Source of the DNA: Nitrospirota bacterium
Lineage (GTDB): Bacteria > Nitrospirota > Thermodesulfovibrionia > Thermodesulfovibrionales > Dissulfurispiraceae
Assembly: GCA_963790025.1 (NCBI GenBank)
Contig: CAWBMP010000003.1
Location: forward strand, 96,001-160,000
DNA: 64,000 nucleotides
Direction of reading: 5' to 3'
Part shown: positions 21,686 to 34,299 of the stretch, piece by piece
How positions within the stretch are numbered: position 1 is the stretch's first letter
Layout of the letters: the number at the start of each line of letters is the position of its first letter
The notes under the pieces: generated by a model
What the model saw: only the letters and a program-made list of their open reading frames with translations
Database searches by the model: none
What the model was told of the DNA's origin: nothing
Translations under genes and position numbers: made by a program

Positions 21686-22645
21686 ATGTTAAAAACGGCT
21701 TTTTTGTTTGATGGACAGGGTGCCCAGCACATCGGAATGGGCAGGGATATTTATTTCTACTCAGGGGAAACTATGAATATCTGTGAAAAGGTATCGCAAG
21801 CAGTTGGCTTCGATGTAATCGACATTGCGCTGAACGGCAGCGCCGAAGACATCAAAAATAGTAGAAATGCCCAAATATGCCTCCATGCACTGGAGTTATG
21901 CACCGTACACGTCCTCAACACTTATGGTATTGTCCCTGACATCGTGGCGGGTTACAGTTTCGGAGAATATCCTGCTATTGTTACCGCAGGGGGCCTATCT
22001 TTTGACGATGGTATTCGTTTGGTCACGGCGCGGGGCACACTTATGGCAGAGTCGGCTTCAAAGAAAAAAGGGGCTATGGCGCTCATAAGTGGAATGTCGA
22101 CGGAATCGATAAAAGAGGAAATTACCCAACTGAAAAAGCTATATATAGCTTGTTTCAATGCCCCAACCGAACATTTCATTGCGGGAGAAAGAGATATACT
22201 GGAGCGGTTGGTGAAAACGCTGAGAGTCCGTGGCATTGAAGCTATAATGCTTCCTGTCGGAGGCGCTTTTCATTGTCCCTACATTGAAGATGCATCAATC
22301 ATATTCAGAAATGTTCTTATGAACACCGCTTTCAGGAATCCATTGCTTCCTGTTGTCGGTAACGTCAACGCATCTGTGGTTACCACAGCCTCAGGCATCC
22401 TTGCGGATGCGCTTGAGCAAATGCTTTCGGCAGTTCAGTGGCATGGGACAATAGTAAAACTGCTGAACTCGGGCGTTGATATTTCAATTGAAATTGGTCC
22501 AGGACATGGTCTGAAGAGGATGTGCCTGAAAACTTCGTCTGATGCGGCTACACTGACGACCCGGAACATGTCGGAAATCAGGGATGTCGTCAGCAAAATA
22601 ACACATTACGGCGTTAAGAATGAAAGGCGGGTAAATGCGGCGTGA
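21686..22645 (+). CDS. ACP S-malonyltransferase (FabD/MdcH-like), divergent
   Basis: FDGQGAQ, GYSFGEY (nucleophile Ser), RG..M, GAFHC, EIGPG. Confidence 0.85.
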   Translation: MLKTAFLFDGQGAQHIGMGRDIYFYSGETMNICEKVSQAVGFDVIDIALNGSAEDIKNSRNAQICLHALELCTVHVLNTYGIVPDIVAGYSFGEYPAIVTAGGLSFDDGIRLVTARGTLMAESASKKKGAMALISGMSTESIKEEITQLKKLYIACFNAPTEHFIAGERDILERLVKTLRVRGIEAIMLPVGGAFHCPYIEDASIIFRNVLMNTAFRNPLLPVVGNVNASVVTTASGILADALEQMLSAVQWHGTIVKLLNSGVDISIEIGPGHGLKRMCLKTSSDAATLTTRNMSEIRDVVSKITHYGVKNERRVNAA

Positions 22646-22763
22646 ATGAGTAGTTTATGCTCAAGCTATATGGGGCAACTGTCATTAAATAATGGGGCCC
22701 AGGATTTCGGGTGATAGCCTGAACCGTAGAATCCGGCAGCAGTGCTGCAATATCTGTGTTGGG

Positions 22764-25397
22764 TTAGGAAAGGTAGGCATCTTGCATTTTATTTTTATCC
22801 AAAAGCATTCGGACCTTCAATAATATGTCACTGGGCAGGGCAGGTTTGGATATGAAATTCATTCCTTGTTCCCTTATACTTTTTTCGCTGATGTACTCAG
22901 CTGTATAACCGCTGGTAAAAAGGACCTCAACGTCGGGGCGTATCTTTTTAATTTCGTCATAAACTTCTCGCCCGTTTTTCTTTGGCATCACGACATCAAG
23001 TATTACCATGTCGATACTATCTCCAAAGGCGATAAATTTCTTAAGTGCATCCTCTCCGTCAATTGCTACCAATACACTATAGCCGGCCGTCGTAAGCAGG
23101 GTTATCATAAACGATCTTACCTCCTCGTTATCGTCCGCAATCAGAATTGTTTCCGTTCCTCGCTCGAGACCGGTGCAAGCTATGGATTGTTCAAGAACCG
23201 GCTTAGTTTCTGCCAGAGGCATATATATGCTGAAGGTGGTCCCTTCATTTATTATACTAGTGCACGTGACACTTCCGCTATGCCGTTTTATAATTCCGTA
23301 TATGATTGAAAGCCCAAGCCCTGTCCCTTTGCCCTCCCCTTTTGTAGTAAAAAATGGCTCAAATATTTTCTTCATTGTGTTTTGATCCATACCAGTTCCG
23401 GTATCTGATACAGTGAGAAGTGCGTAATTACCGGATTTCTGCAAACCATTTCTTTGAGCATAATCAGTGTCCAGATTTACAGATTCAGTAGCTATGCTTA
23501 TTGTTCCACCTTTGGGCATAGAATCTCGCGCATTAGCCACGAGGTTTATTATTACCTGCTCTATCTGTCCTTTGTCTGCAATGATTACGTCCCCGTCGTT
23601 AGTGAGTTCGATTTTCAATACAATGTCTTCTGTGATGACTTGTTCAAGCAATTTGTATATTCCGTTTATAGTTGCATTAAGGGATATAGGTTCCAGTTGG
23701 GTGATGTTTTTTCTGCTAAAGGTAAGGAGACCTCTGGCAAGGTTAGCTGCTTTTTCACCGGAGGAAAGAATATTTTGTACATATTGGTGTTCATAGCTTC
23801 CATCACGATGGCAATTGCTAAGCAGTTCTGCAAAGCCGTTTATCGCGGTAAGCAAGTTGTTGAAATCGTGCGCAATCCCTCCAGCAATTTGGCCAATGGC
23901 TTCCATTTTCTGTGACTGCAGGAGTTGAGATTCCAGACTTGCCTTCTCCTCCTCTGACTTTTTGGTGTCGGTAATATCCTGATGGCTGCCGCGTCTGCCC
24001 CTATAGTTTCCATCCTTATCATAGACCGCCACGCAGTTGTGAGCGATCCATCGGACATCGCCGCTTTTCGTTATTATGCGAAACTCTAATTGCTCGTACA
24101 TACCCCGTTTGTAATGTGTATGCTCCGCCCAGATCACCGCGTCATCGGGATGAATAATCTCATCCAGAAGATCAGGCGATGAATAGAACTCTTCTTGCGT
24201 ATAGCCGCAGAACTTTTCGGAGTTCTGAGAGACATAGATATTTTTTTTGTCAGGCGACCTCCAGAAAACAAAATCCGTAGCAAACTCGGTGACAGTTCTG
24301 TATAAATCCTCACTCTTTTCCAGCTCAACTCTCTTACTGTCAATGTCAAGCACCATCTTATTAAACGCCACGGAAAGAGTTCCTATTTCGTCCGCCGTGT
24401 TTATATGAAAGAATCTGTTGTGCCCTGTTTTTTGCGGAAGATCGTTTACGTGACTGGTAAAAAGTTCAAGTGGATTTGTCAAATACTTTATGATAAAAGA
24501 GATAATAAGAAATACTGTAACGATTCCTATAATCGTGCCTGTGATAAAGTACCCCCTGGCTTGATCTATCGGGAGATATGCTTCTGCTTGCGGATAGTTT
24601 GCAGCCATGATCCAGTCTTTTACCTTTAACTTCTTAAAAGATGAAACCATTTTTACCCCTTGCGACGTTATCGTATCTCCGGTGCCTTCAAATCCCTCTA
24701 TGGCCTTATCATATAGATTGTTAAACCCGGCAGCCTGTTTTGTCAGTATCCTTTTTTTATCAGGATGCATAATCAATGTCCTGTCTACCGCTGAGAGGTA
24801 AAGATAACCTGCTTTTCCTATTTTCACATTGCTTATTCTCCCCAGGAAGTTGTCTCGCATAAGGTCAACACTGCCGGTTAATATGCCTGCGATATTGCCT
24901 TTTGCGTCAAGAATCGGCGCTGTAAGCATAATGACCGGATGTTGATGAGGTTGCGTGGACACATATGGGTCGGAAATGTAAGGTTTTTTAGTCTTAATGG
25001 TTTCTATTATGTACTCGCGGTACGAAAGATCGAATCCCCTCCTGCCAGGGGCATATGGTGATTCAACGAATATTCTGCCTGATGGCGTGAATAAAAAAAG
25101 ATGGTTGTCCAGCATTGTGTGCAAGCTCGGTTTGTTATCAAGAAATGCCTGCGCCTTCGCAGGATTTTGCATAATGTCCGACGTCATGGTTTTTGATACT
25201 GCGAGTAGATGCTGTTGAGCGGTCAATAGTTTGCTGTCAATTTCATCTGCTATTATAGAGAGCATAAGGAATTGCTGTTGAGCTATCGTTTTTTTCAATG
25301 ATGTGTTGTAATGCGAGAAGGCAAACAATGCAGTTAGCGTGACTATAGTAACAACGAGACCTGAAACTATTAATGTTAACTTGTCTTTTAATTTCAT
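22764..25397 (-). CDS. Hybrid sensor histidine kinase (dCache-HAMP-PAS-HisKA-HATPase-REC)
   Basis: Two TMs around a Cache domain, DEIGTL HAMP, IIHPDD PAS, GIAHDFNNLL H-box, FEPFFTTK...GTGLGL, LDVVMP receiver. Confidence 0.93.
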   Translation of the reverse strand: MKLKDKLTLIVSGLVVTIVTLTALFAFSHYNTSLKKTIAQQQFLMLSIIADEIDSKLLTAQQHLLAVSKTMTSDIMQNPAKAQAFLDNKPSLHTMLDNHLFLFTPSGRIFVESPYAPGRRGFDLSYREYIIETIKTKKPYISDPYVSTQPHQHPVIMLTAPILDAKGNIAGILTGSVDLMRDNFLGRISNVKIGKAGYLYLSAVDRTLIMHPDKKRILTKQAAGFNNLYDKAIEGFEGTGDTITSQGVKMVSSFKKLKVKDWIMAANYPQAEAYLPIDQARGYFITGTIIGIVTVFLIISFIIKYLTNPLELFTSHVNDLPQKTGHNRFFHINTADEIGTLSVAFNKMVLDIDSKRVELEKSEDLYRTVTEFATDFVFWRSPDKKNIYVSQNSEKFCGYTQEEFYSSPDLLDEIIHPDDAVIWAEHTHYKRGMYEQLEFRIITKSGDVRWIAHNCVAVYDKDGNYRGRRGSHQDITDTKKSEEEKASLESQLLQSQKMEAIGQIAGGIAHDFNNLLTAINGFAELLSNCHRDGSYEHQYVQNILSSGEKAANLARGLLTFSRKNITQLEPISLNATINGIYKLLEQVITEDIVLKIELTNDGDVIIADKGQIEQVIINLVANARDSMPKGGTISIATESVNLDTDYAQRNGLQKSGNYALLTVSDTGTGMDQNTMKKIFEPFFTTKGEGKGTGLGLSIIYGIIKRHSGSVTCTSIINEGTTFSIYMPLAETKPVLEQSIACTGLERGTETILIADDNEEVRSFMITLLTTAGYSVLVAIDGEDALKKFIAFGDSIDMVILDVVMPKKNGREVYDEIKKIRPDVEVLFTSGYTAEYISEKSIREQGMNFISKPALPSDILLKVRMLLDKNKMQDAYLS

Positions 25398-25453
25398 TCT
25401 TTAAAAAAAGATACTATATCCCACGTCTATACTTATTCAATCGCTGTACTTAT

Positions 25454-25480
25454 TTATCGGGACAAATTACCAAAAGTTGA
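25454..25480 (-). promoter_or_regulatory. Putative sigma28 (FliA) promoter of the hybrid kinase
   Basis: Minus strand TCAA-N15-CCCGATAA vs consensus TAAA-N15-GCCGATAA, 57 bp upstream of the ATG. Confidence 0.5.
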
Positions 25481-25629
25481 GAGCAAACTACTGTTTTGGA
25501 ATATCTGTCCATAAAATTTGCAATTCAGTAAAGCACTCTGCAATCAAGTCATTATAACAAATCAAGTGGACGGAATTGCAACACATTTTATTGCTTTTTT
25601 GGAAACGATTGTCATATTGCGTCCAGATC

Positions 25630-26370
25630 CTAGGTCTTGGGTTTTCCTATATAACGAAGGCCTATCAGTGTCAAAACCGAAGCAAATAAATAGCGTAAAT
25701 ATATTTCGGGGAGGAGATTCGCTGCAGTCGCTCCAAGATAGCCTCCAATGACAGCTCCCGCCAGAAGGCCTGCAATCATATCAGTTTTCACATTACCGAG
25801 TTCATTATGAGTAAGTGAGCCCGATATTCCAACCGGGATCATGGCAAGCAGTGATGTTCCCTGGGCAAGGTGCTGGCTCATGCCGCACAAAAGAACCATA
25901 GGAGGAATCATCACAGTTCCTCCTCCCACACCCATCATGCCGGACACAAACCCGGTGACTGCTCCGGTAAGCAGTAAAATCCCTCCTTTGAACCATATAT
26001 TCATGGCATGAGCATGTTGTGGAAAATACGGTTTCGCAAGGAGCAGTAAGGAGACAAATATCAGAAAAGCTCCAAAAGCACGTTTCAGTTTCCGTTCCGG
26101 CAGCGAATGAGCATAAAGGGCGCCTAACCGCGCCGTTAATATTGCACTGATTCCCAGAACTGCAGATATCTTCCAGTCTACGGCATGATAATAAGAATAC
26201 GTTATTGTGCCGATCGCCCCCGTAAAGACTACAACGACAAGACTTGTTCCGTGGGCACTGTGTTGGGTCATTTTTTTTACTGAGACCATAAGGGGTATCA
26301 TTACCACTCCGCCGCCAAGGCCAGCCAGGTTTCCCCAAAAAGCCCCGAGAAATCCGATTAAAAGATTCAT
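25630..26370 (-). CDS. Sulfite exporter TauE/SafE family protein
   Basis: Duplicated GLGGGVVMIP / GVGGGTVMIP and A.GTSL motifs; multiple TMs; start placed at MNLLIG. Confidence 0.9.
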   Translation of the reverse strand: MNLLIGFLGAFWGNLAGLGGGVVMIPLMVSVKKMTQHSAHGTSLVVVVFTGAIGTITYSYYHAVDWKISAVLGISAILTARLGALYAHSLPERKLKRAFGAFLIFVSLLLLAKPYFPQHAHAMNIWFKGGILLLTGAVTGFVSGMMGVGGGTVMIPPMVLLCGMSQHLAQGTSLLAMIPVGISGSLTHNELGNVKTDMIAGLLAGAVIGGYLGATAANLLPEIYLRYLFASVLTLIGLRYIGKPKT

Positions 26371-26445
26371 GACAACGAAACCGATTTGAGCTCTAAGCAC
26401 AGACGTTTGAACTTCATTTTCCACCACTTTAAGTTATTGGAATAG

Positions 26446-27585
26446 TTATTCACTTTCAGTCGAGGTCAAAATAGCTACGACCTTTCCTATGGGAACTTTT
26501 GTCTCTATTTTTACCGGTATTTTATTGTCATCGTCGGTGAGCCAGATCAAAATATCCCCTTTATTCTGGAACAGACCTTCTGATTTAAGCAGCGGCTTCA
26601 CTTTCACCGTATCCAGTTCTTCGTTTTTGGCGAATTTGATTTTTTCCTTTCCGAGTATGCTGACTTCGGCCGTGAAGAATTTCTTACTGTCAAAAATATC
26701 GATGTAGATAGTCTTGCCGACCTCGAAATGTTGCGTCCTCAGGTAATAAAAGCCGGAAATCAAATCCCATAGTTCACCACCTTTGACCGAATAGTCATCC
26801 TTTGTTCCCTTGAGGTAATCATTGAAAATGATATGCTGATTATCGAGATCGAAAAAGGTTTCCTTATCGCTCCTGTATTTTCCTTCGTGCTGTTTTATCC
26901 GGAAGTTCACCGGCAAACCATTAATAACCTTGCTCTCACTGTAATCCTCTACAGTGTAAAATGCCGAAATGACAGGAGCAGAATGCACCTGGCTTTTTAT
27001 TGTGACTTTGCCGTCGCTGCTTACGGCTTCCAGTTCAGCACTTCCCACATAAATGCCCAGCCAGTAAAGGCTGTAAGAGAGTTTTTCCCGGGTGGATTTA
27101 AGAATGGCCGTCTTGTTTTCGGGATTAACGGCAGGCGGTACTGTTATGGGGGGTACCAAGGGCGTATCGGGGGTAGGGCCGCTTTCAGCTTTTTTTCCGG
27201 CATCGGAAACTTCTGCCGCGTCTTTGGAAATGTCAGCGGAGTCGGGGACTTTCACACTGCCTGAAGGGTCTACAGTGGAAACGACGTTTGTCCCCTGGTC
27301 TGCCGGCTCACTTTCCTGAGTGTCCGATTTTTCGCTTTCTTCAGACTGGTTAGGCTTACGTTTTGCCAGGTCAGGCCTGCCTGACTTCCCACCTGCTCTT
27401 ATGGCTGGTTTGGTTGTCTCGTCGGACAGTAGAATAGCCGTCAGCGTCGTGCGGGTAAAACCGCGTACAAAATCAAAAGCCCCTGTCCCGGACACTATTG
27501 CAATAAAAATGCAATGCAGGACCAAAGAGAGGGTCAATGCGACGACAAAGGGTGTGAAAATTTTTTTCAGCAATTGTAAGACCAA
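26446..27585 (-). CDS. DUF3108 domain protein with N-terminal TM and low-complexity linker
   Basis: EKLSYSLYWLGIYVG, DLISGFYYLR, IWLTDDDNKIPVKI. Confidence 0.75.
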   Translation of the reverse strand: MVLQLLKKIFTPFVVALTLSLVLHCIFIAIVSGTGAFDFVRGFTRTTLTAILLSDETTKPAIRAGGKSGRPDLAKRKPNQSEESEKSDTQESEPADQGTNVVSTVDPSGSVKVPDSADISKDAAEVSDAGKKAESGPTPDTPLVPPITVPPAVNPENKTAILKSTREKLSYSLYWLGIYVGSAELEAVSSDGKVTIKSQVHSAPVISAFYTVEDYSESKVINGLPVNFRIKQHEGKYRSDKETFFDLDNQHIIFNDYLKGTKDDYSVKGGELWDLISGFYYLRTQHFEVGKTIYIDIFDSKKFFTAEVSILGKEKIKFAKNEELDTVKVKPLLKSEGLFQNKGDILIWLTDDDNKIPVKIETKVPIGKVVAILTSTESE

Positions 27586-27647
27586 ACAAAAAAGTTGAGA
27601 TAGACTACGCTATGTATGTATTTTATATGAAAAAGAGCGCATTACAC

Positions 27648-27672
27648 AAAAAAGCCATCCGTGATAAGGCTT
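27648..27672 (-). terminator. Probable terminator after toxin gene
   Basis: Minus strand aagcc-ttatcacggat-ggctt followed by T-run. Confidence 0.45.
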
Positions 27673-27995
27673 CAGTGAATATCCAACTGGACTTTGATAG
27701 TCTCGCTTATTCTGAGCATATCTTCTTCTGAAATAATACCTGCACGCTTAAACAGCCGTAATTTGTTTACAGTTGCCAACTGATCGGCCATGGCCTTGCT
27801 CTCTTTACCGTTAAATAAAACATGTGCTTCACTTGGATAAAGACGATCTGTCTTGCTGGTCAGGGGAACTACCTGAACTCGATTGAGGAACTTGTTTGAT
27901 GCATCATTGCTAACGATCACAGCAGGCCGTTTTTTTCTGATCTCACCGCCGACAGAAGGATCATAATTAATCCACCAAACCTCACCTCTTTCCAT
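27672..27995 (-). CDS. mazF: Type II toxin, PemK/MazF family endoribonuclease
   Basis: [38 protein letters not shown]. Confidence 0.92.
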   Translation of the reverse strand: MERGEVWWINYDPSVGGEIRKKRPAVIVSNDASNKFLNRVQVVPLTSKTDRLYPSEAHVLFNGKESKAMADQLATVNKLRLFKRAGIISEEDMLRISETIKVQLDIH

Positions 27996-28212
27996 GCGCT
28001 ATGTCCTTAAAAGTCGTCTCCGCCCATTCCAGTGCTTGTGCTTCCCGATTTTTGTCTTTTGACATGAGGGAGTAAGCCGATTCCAGATTTGGGCGTATTA
28101 CATACGGGCGCACCAATTCCTCAATAAATTTACTGATTTTACGGGGGCCGATAGTCTTGTGAAGAGCTTCATAAACTTCCTCAGCTACTGTTATAGTTAA
28201 CTTCTTTTGCAT
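27982..28212 (-). CDS. Antitoxin (ribbon-helix-helix-like) of the MazF toxin
   Basis: [29 protein letters not shown]; overlaps toxin start; GGGG RBS. Confidence 0.8.
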   Translation of the reverse strand: MQKKLTITVAEEVYEALHKTIGPRKISKFIEELVRPYVIRPNLESAYSLMSKDKNREAQALEWAETTFKDIAHGKR

Positions 28213-28231
28213 TATTAGTCCCCCGTTATTT

Positions 28232-28268
28232 ATACGTATAGTATACGTATTTATTTCCGATATGTCAA
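28232..28268 (-). promoter_or_regulatory. TA operon promoter with palindromic operator
   Basis: TTGACA-17-TATACT on minus strand; atacgtata-g-tatacgtat palindrome (28232-28250) overlaps the -10. Confidence 0.75.
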
Positions 28269-28575
28269 TGCGTGCGTATTTCATCGCTTGAAGACACCGA
28301 TTACTAAACATTGCGTACAGTTGTTGATTCGCTCCCTCAGTCAAGTCTAATTTTATTAAAAGCGCCACTTTAATAAAGCTTACGATAGGTTTTCTGATGA
28401 CGGACGCAAGCTGTTTCGAGACCGATAATAATCAAATATGTTGATAATCCGGCTGTCCGGTAATGTTCCAATATGTAAACCGCCGGTCATTCTATTGTTA
28501 AGCTTTTTTACTCTTGCATATTGGCCTATATATCTTCAGACAAGGCTGCTGGCTGCAAAGAACTACTCCACAAAC

Positions 28576-28627
28576 TTGACAAAAAAATAAAATAATGATA
28601 TTTTGCTAATTAGGAGTGATTCCTAAT
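28576..28627 (+). promoter_or_regulatory. Promoter and 9-1-9 Fur/PerR-type operator of perR-katG
   Basis: TTGACA (28576), 17 bp, TATTTT with extended -10 TG; attaggagt-g-attcctaat (28609-28627) covers the AGGAG RBS. Confidence 0.6.
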
Positions 28628-31347
<2,720 letters not shown>

Positions 31348-31391
31348 CATAAACGTCTTCGAGTTCTGACAGAGGGCAACAAAAGAACGGT

Positions 31392-31447
31392 CAGCTAACA
31401 AGCGGTTCAGCGGCGGCTTATCGCCGCCGCTGAACCGGAAGTATCAG
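31392..31447 (+). other. Degenerate integron attC-like hairpin downstream of katG (may act as terminator)
   Basis: GCTAAC (R''-like), AAG, then perfect 15-bp stem cggttcagcggcggc / gccgccgctgaaccg; R' GTTAG degenerate (GAAGTATCAG). Confidence 0.5.
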
Positions 31448-31537
31448 TAAGCTCTTCAGTGAAACTCAGGTGCAAATCACAGGAGTTTCACTGAGTGGTG
31501 ACAGAGAGTCATCATTGATTCCACTTAGAGGAATTTT

Positions 31538-32251
31538 ATGCGTATGCGTTTGAAGGAACGCCGCATGGAGGCCCCCGATGCGATGTCTTTCATTTTCGAT
31601 TTGGGCGGTCAAGAGCTCAATTATGCTCCAGGGCAACATCTGACATATGAATTGGACGTTCTTGCATTCCCTGATGAGCGCGGCAAGAGCAGGCATTTTT
31701 CTATTTCAAGCTCACCCACTGAAAAAGGGATTATAATGTTCACGACCAGAATGCGTGGAAGTGGATTTAAAGAGACGTTACGTCAAGCCCCGATAGGATA
31801 TGAAATTACCTGTGAAGCACCCGAGGGTGAATTTGTCATGAAGCAGCACGAAGCATGCCTCCGCCACGTTTTCATTGCCGGAGGAATAGGCATTACGCCG
31901 TTCAGGTCGATTCTTCGTTGGGGGGCTGACTTGAATAAGCCCTTAAACGTACTTCTGATGTATTTTAATCACTCTCTCCCTGATATAATCTTCCATCGAG
32001 AACTGGAAGATATTTCACGACATATGCAGACGTTTTCTCTGGTGAATGTGTTATCGTCCCCTCCTGATGACTGGGAAGGTGAACAAGGACAATTGGATGA
32101 ATCGTTACTTCGTAAGTGGATACCTGAGCCTGATGGAGTGTGTTTCTGGGTGAGCGGTCCCCCTGGAATGGTTGGCGCATGCCGGGAACTGCTTAAACAA
32201 ATTGGAGTCGAGGATCGAAGTATCCGCAACGACAGATTTATGGGATATTGA
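31538..32251 (+). CDS. FAD-binding oxidoreductase, ferredoxin-NADP reductase (FNR-like) family
   Basis: YAPGQ, RHFSISSSP, FIAGGIGITPFRS, VSGPPGMV, C-terminal FMGY. Confidence 0.9.
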   Translation: MRMRLKERRMEAPDAMSFIFDLGGQELNYAPGQHLTYELDVLAFPDERGKSRHFSISSSPTEKGIIMFTTRMRGSGFKETLRQAPIGYEITCEAPEGEFVMKQHEACLRHVFIAGGIGITPFRSILRWGADLNKPLNVLLMYFNHSLPDIIFHRELEDISRHMQTFSLVNVLSSPPDDWEGEQGQLDESLLRKWIPEPDGVCFWVSGPPGMVGACRELLKQIGVEDRSIRNDRFMGY

Positions 32252-32305
32252 TCTTAGCTGAATCGGCAGCAGGTACAAAAACATTAATAGACTAAAGGAG
32301 GATGT

Positions 32306-32470
32306 ATGTGCTACACATGCGGATGTGGAAGGCCGGATGACAGTATGGGTGACCCGAGAAATATCACTAACAAGTCATTTGAGGAGGCAGCAAAGGCTGC
32401 TGGAGAGACACCGGATGAAGCAAAACAAAACGCTTTGAAGCTTCTAAAGAAGGTGTTCGGTGAAAAATAG
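32306..32470 (+). CDS. Small cysteine-motif protein (54 aa, absent from ORF track)
   Basis: AAAGGAGG RBS then MCYTCGCGRPDDSMGDPRNITNKSFEEAAKAAGETPDEAKQNALKLLKKVFGEK*, followed by a terminator. Confidence 0.8.
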   Translation: MCYTCGCGRPDDSMGDPRNITNKSFEEAAKAAGETPDEAKQNALKLLKKVFGEK

Positions 32471-32476
32471 GACATT

Positions 32477-32513
32477 AAAAAAACCCCCCGGAGTTTGTCT
32501 CCGGGGGGTTTTT
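32477..32513. terminator. Bidirectional rho-independent terminator
   Basis: A-run, ccccccggag-tttgt-ctccgggggg, T-run between convergent genes. Confidence 0.9.
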
Positions 32514-32535
32514 ATCAGTCAACTAACTTATTGAT

Positions 32536-34299
32536 TTAGAACAATCCACTGACCTTTCCAGTAGCGGTATCTACGTCAATCCTTCTGAATGCCGGATTTG
32601 AACTCGTTCCGGGCATGAGGCTGATCGCGCCGGCGCAAGGGCACAGGAACTTGGCGCCGGAGTAGATGAGGACGTCCCTGATGGGCAGCGTCCAGCCATG
32701 GGGCACTCCCTTGACAACCGGGTCGTGGGTGAGGCTCAGGTGGGTCTTGACCATCATGGTAGCGTAGTCGGCATACTTGGGATCGTCTTCCAGCATCTTG
32801 GCCTTGGCTTCAGCTTCGGGCAGCCAGGAGACGCCGTCTGCGCCATATACTTCCTTCGCTATGAGGGCTACACGGTCGCGCAGTTTCATCTCGAGCGGGT
32901 AGAGGAATTTAAACTCGGATTTCTCGTTGCAGGCATCTATGACTGCGTCAGCCAGTTCAAGAGCGCCTTCGCCGCCCTTGAGCCAGTGCTGGGACTCGGC
33001 GCAGCGGGCACCGGCAGCTTCTGCAGCCTTCTTGACCGCTTTCACTTCGGCATCTGTATCGGTATAAAAACGGTTGATGCAGACCACAGGGTTTATGCCG
33101 GACTTGCGTATAACGTTGATCATGTGGACCATGTTTGCGCATCCCTTTTCCACCAGAGCAACATTCTCCTTGGTGTATTCTTCAGGAAGCGCTTTTCCAG
33201 CCACAACCTTGGGGCCGCCGCCATGCATCTTGAGGGCGCGGATAGTGCTCGTGAGCACCGATACATGCGGTTTCAACCCGCTGAAACGGCACTTCACGTT
33301 CCAGAATTTTTCAAATCCGATGTCAGCAGCAAAACCGGACTCGGTCACATGGTAGTCGAACAGCTTCAGGGCGACCCGGTCGGCGATGATGGAGGACTGC
33401 CCGACAGCGATGTTGGCAAAAGGCCCGGCATGGACAAAGCACGGGTTGTATTCTGCCGTGCACATAAGTGTGGGGTTGATCGTGTTGCGCATAAAGGCGG
33501 TCATGGCGTTGCCGACTTCCAGGTCACCGGTGGTGACAGGCTTACCGCTTTTATCAAAGGCGACCGTTATATTGTTCAGGCGTTTTTTCAGGTCCGCCAG
33601 ATCCTTGGCCACGGCCAGGATAGCCATGCACTCCGACCCGACTGCGATTCCAAATTTCGACTGCATCATGAAGCCGTCCTGCCTCCCGCCTATCCCCATT
33701 ATGATATTGCGGAGGCCCTGTGCACAGAAGTCAATTATCCATCCCATTTCTATACGGGTGGGGTCGATGTCGAGCCGTTTCATCTTGGTAAGACGCTGGA
33801 GCTGCTCGTCGTTATAGTTGCGCTCGTGCTGCATGCGGGCATTCAGTGCTACCATGGCCAGGTTGTGGGCGTTCATTATGTCGTTGATGTCTCCAGTTAG
33901 CCCAAGGGAAAATTCGGTCATGGGGATCAGCAGGGAATTGCCGCCGCCGGCTGCGGTGCCCTTGACATTCATGGTAGGGCCGCCCGAAGGCTGGCGCAGG
34001 GCCCCGCCTACGTTCACTCCACGTTTTCCCAGTCCTTCCATCAATCCGCAGGATGTTGTGCTTTTTCCTTCGCCCAGAGGGGTCGGGGTGATGGCAGTCA
34101 CCTCGATGTATTTTCCGTCGGGCTTATCCTTGAGGCGGTTGATAATTTTGAGAAAGTCAATCTTGGACAGCCTGCCCATAGGCAGCATCTCGTCTTTCTG
34201 AAGTCCAAGTTTTTCGCGCCACTGCTCAGGGGTCGGCATGTGCTTTTCCGCTTCCTCGGAAATCTGCCAGTCAGCTAACTTCGTTGCATCGTAAGGCAT
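32536..34299 (-). CDS. fhs: Formate--tetrahydrofolate ligase
   Basis: [45 protein letters not shown]. Confidence 0.97.
   Translation of the reverse strand: MPYDATKLADWQISEEAEKHMPTPEQWREKLGLQKDEMLPMGRLSKIDFLKIINRLKDKPDGKYIEVTAITPTPLGEGKSTTSCGLMEGLGKRGVNVGGALRQPSGGPTMNVKGTAAGGGNSLLIPMTEFSLGLTGDINDIMNAHNLAMVALNARMQHERNYNDEQLQRLTKMKRLDIDPTRIEMGWIIDFCAQGLRNIIMGIGGRQDGFMMQSKFGIAVGSECMAILAVAKDLADLKKRLNNITVAFDKSGKPVTTGDLEVGNAMTAFMRNTINPTLMCTAEYNPCFVHAGPFANIAVGQSSIIADRVALKLFDYHVTESGFAADIGFEKFWNVKCRFSGLKPHVSVLTSTIRALKMHGGGPKVVAGKALPEEYTKENVALVEKGCANMVHMINVIRKSGINPVVCINRFYTDTDAEVKAVKKAAEAAGARCAESQHWLKGGEGALELADAVIDACNEKSEFKFLYPLEMKLRDRVALIAKEVYGADGVSWLPEAEAKAKMLEDDPKYADYATMMVKTHLSLTHDPVVKGVPHGWTLPIRDVLIYSGAKFLCPCAGAISLMPGTSSNPAFRRIDVDTATGKVSGLF

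Noticed and set aside
28213..28368. 52-aa N-terminal extension of the antitoxin ORF
   Set aside because: Runs through the promoter and operator; the real start is ATG at 28212 with an RBS.
32698..33900. 400-aa plus-strand ORF and other long antisense ORFs over fhs, ilvB, carB and katG
   Set aside because: Shadow frames of well-supported genes with biased codon usage; no motifs or RBS.
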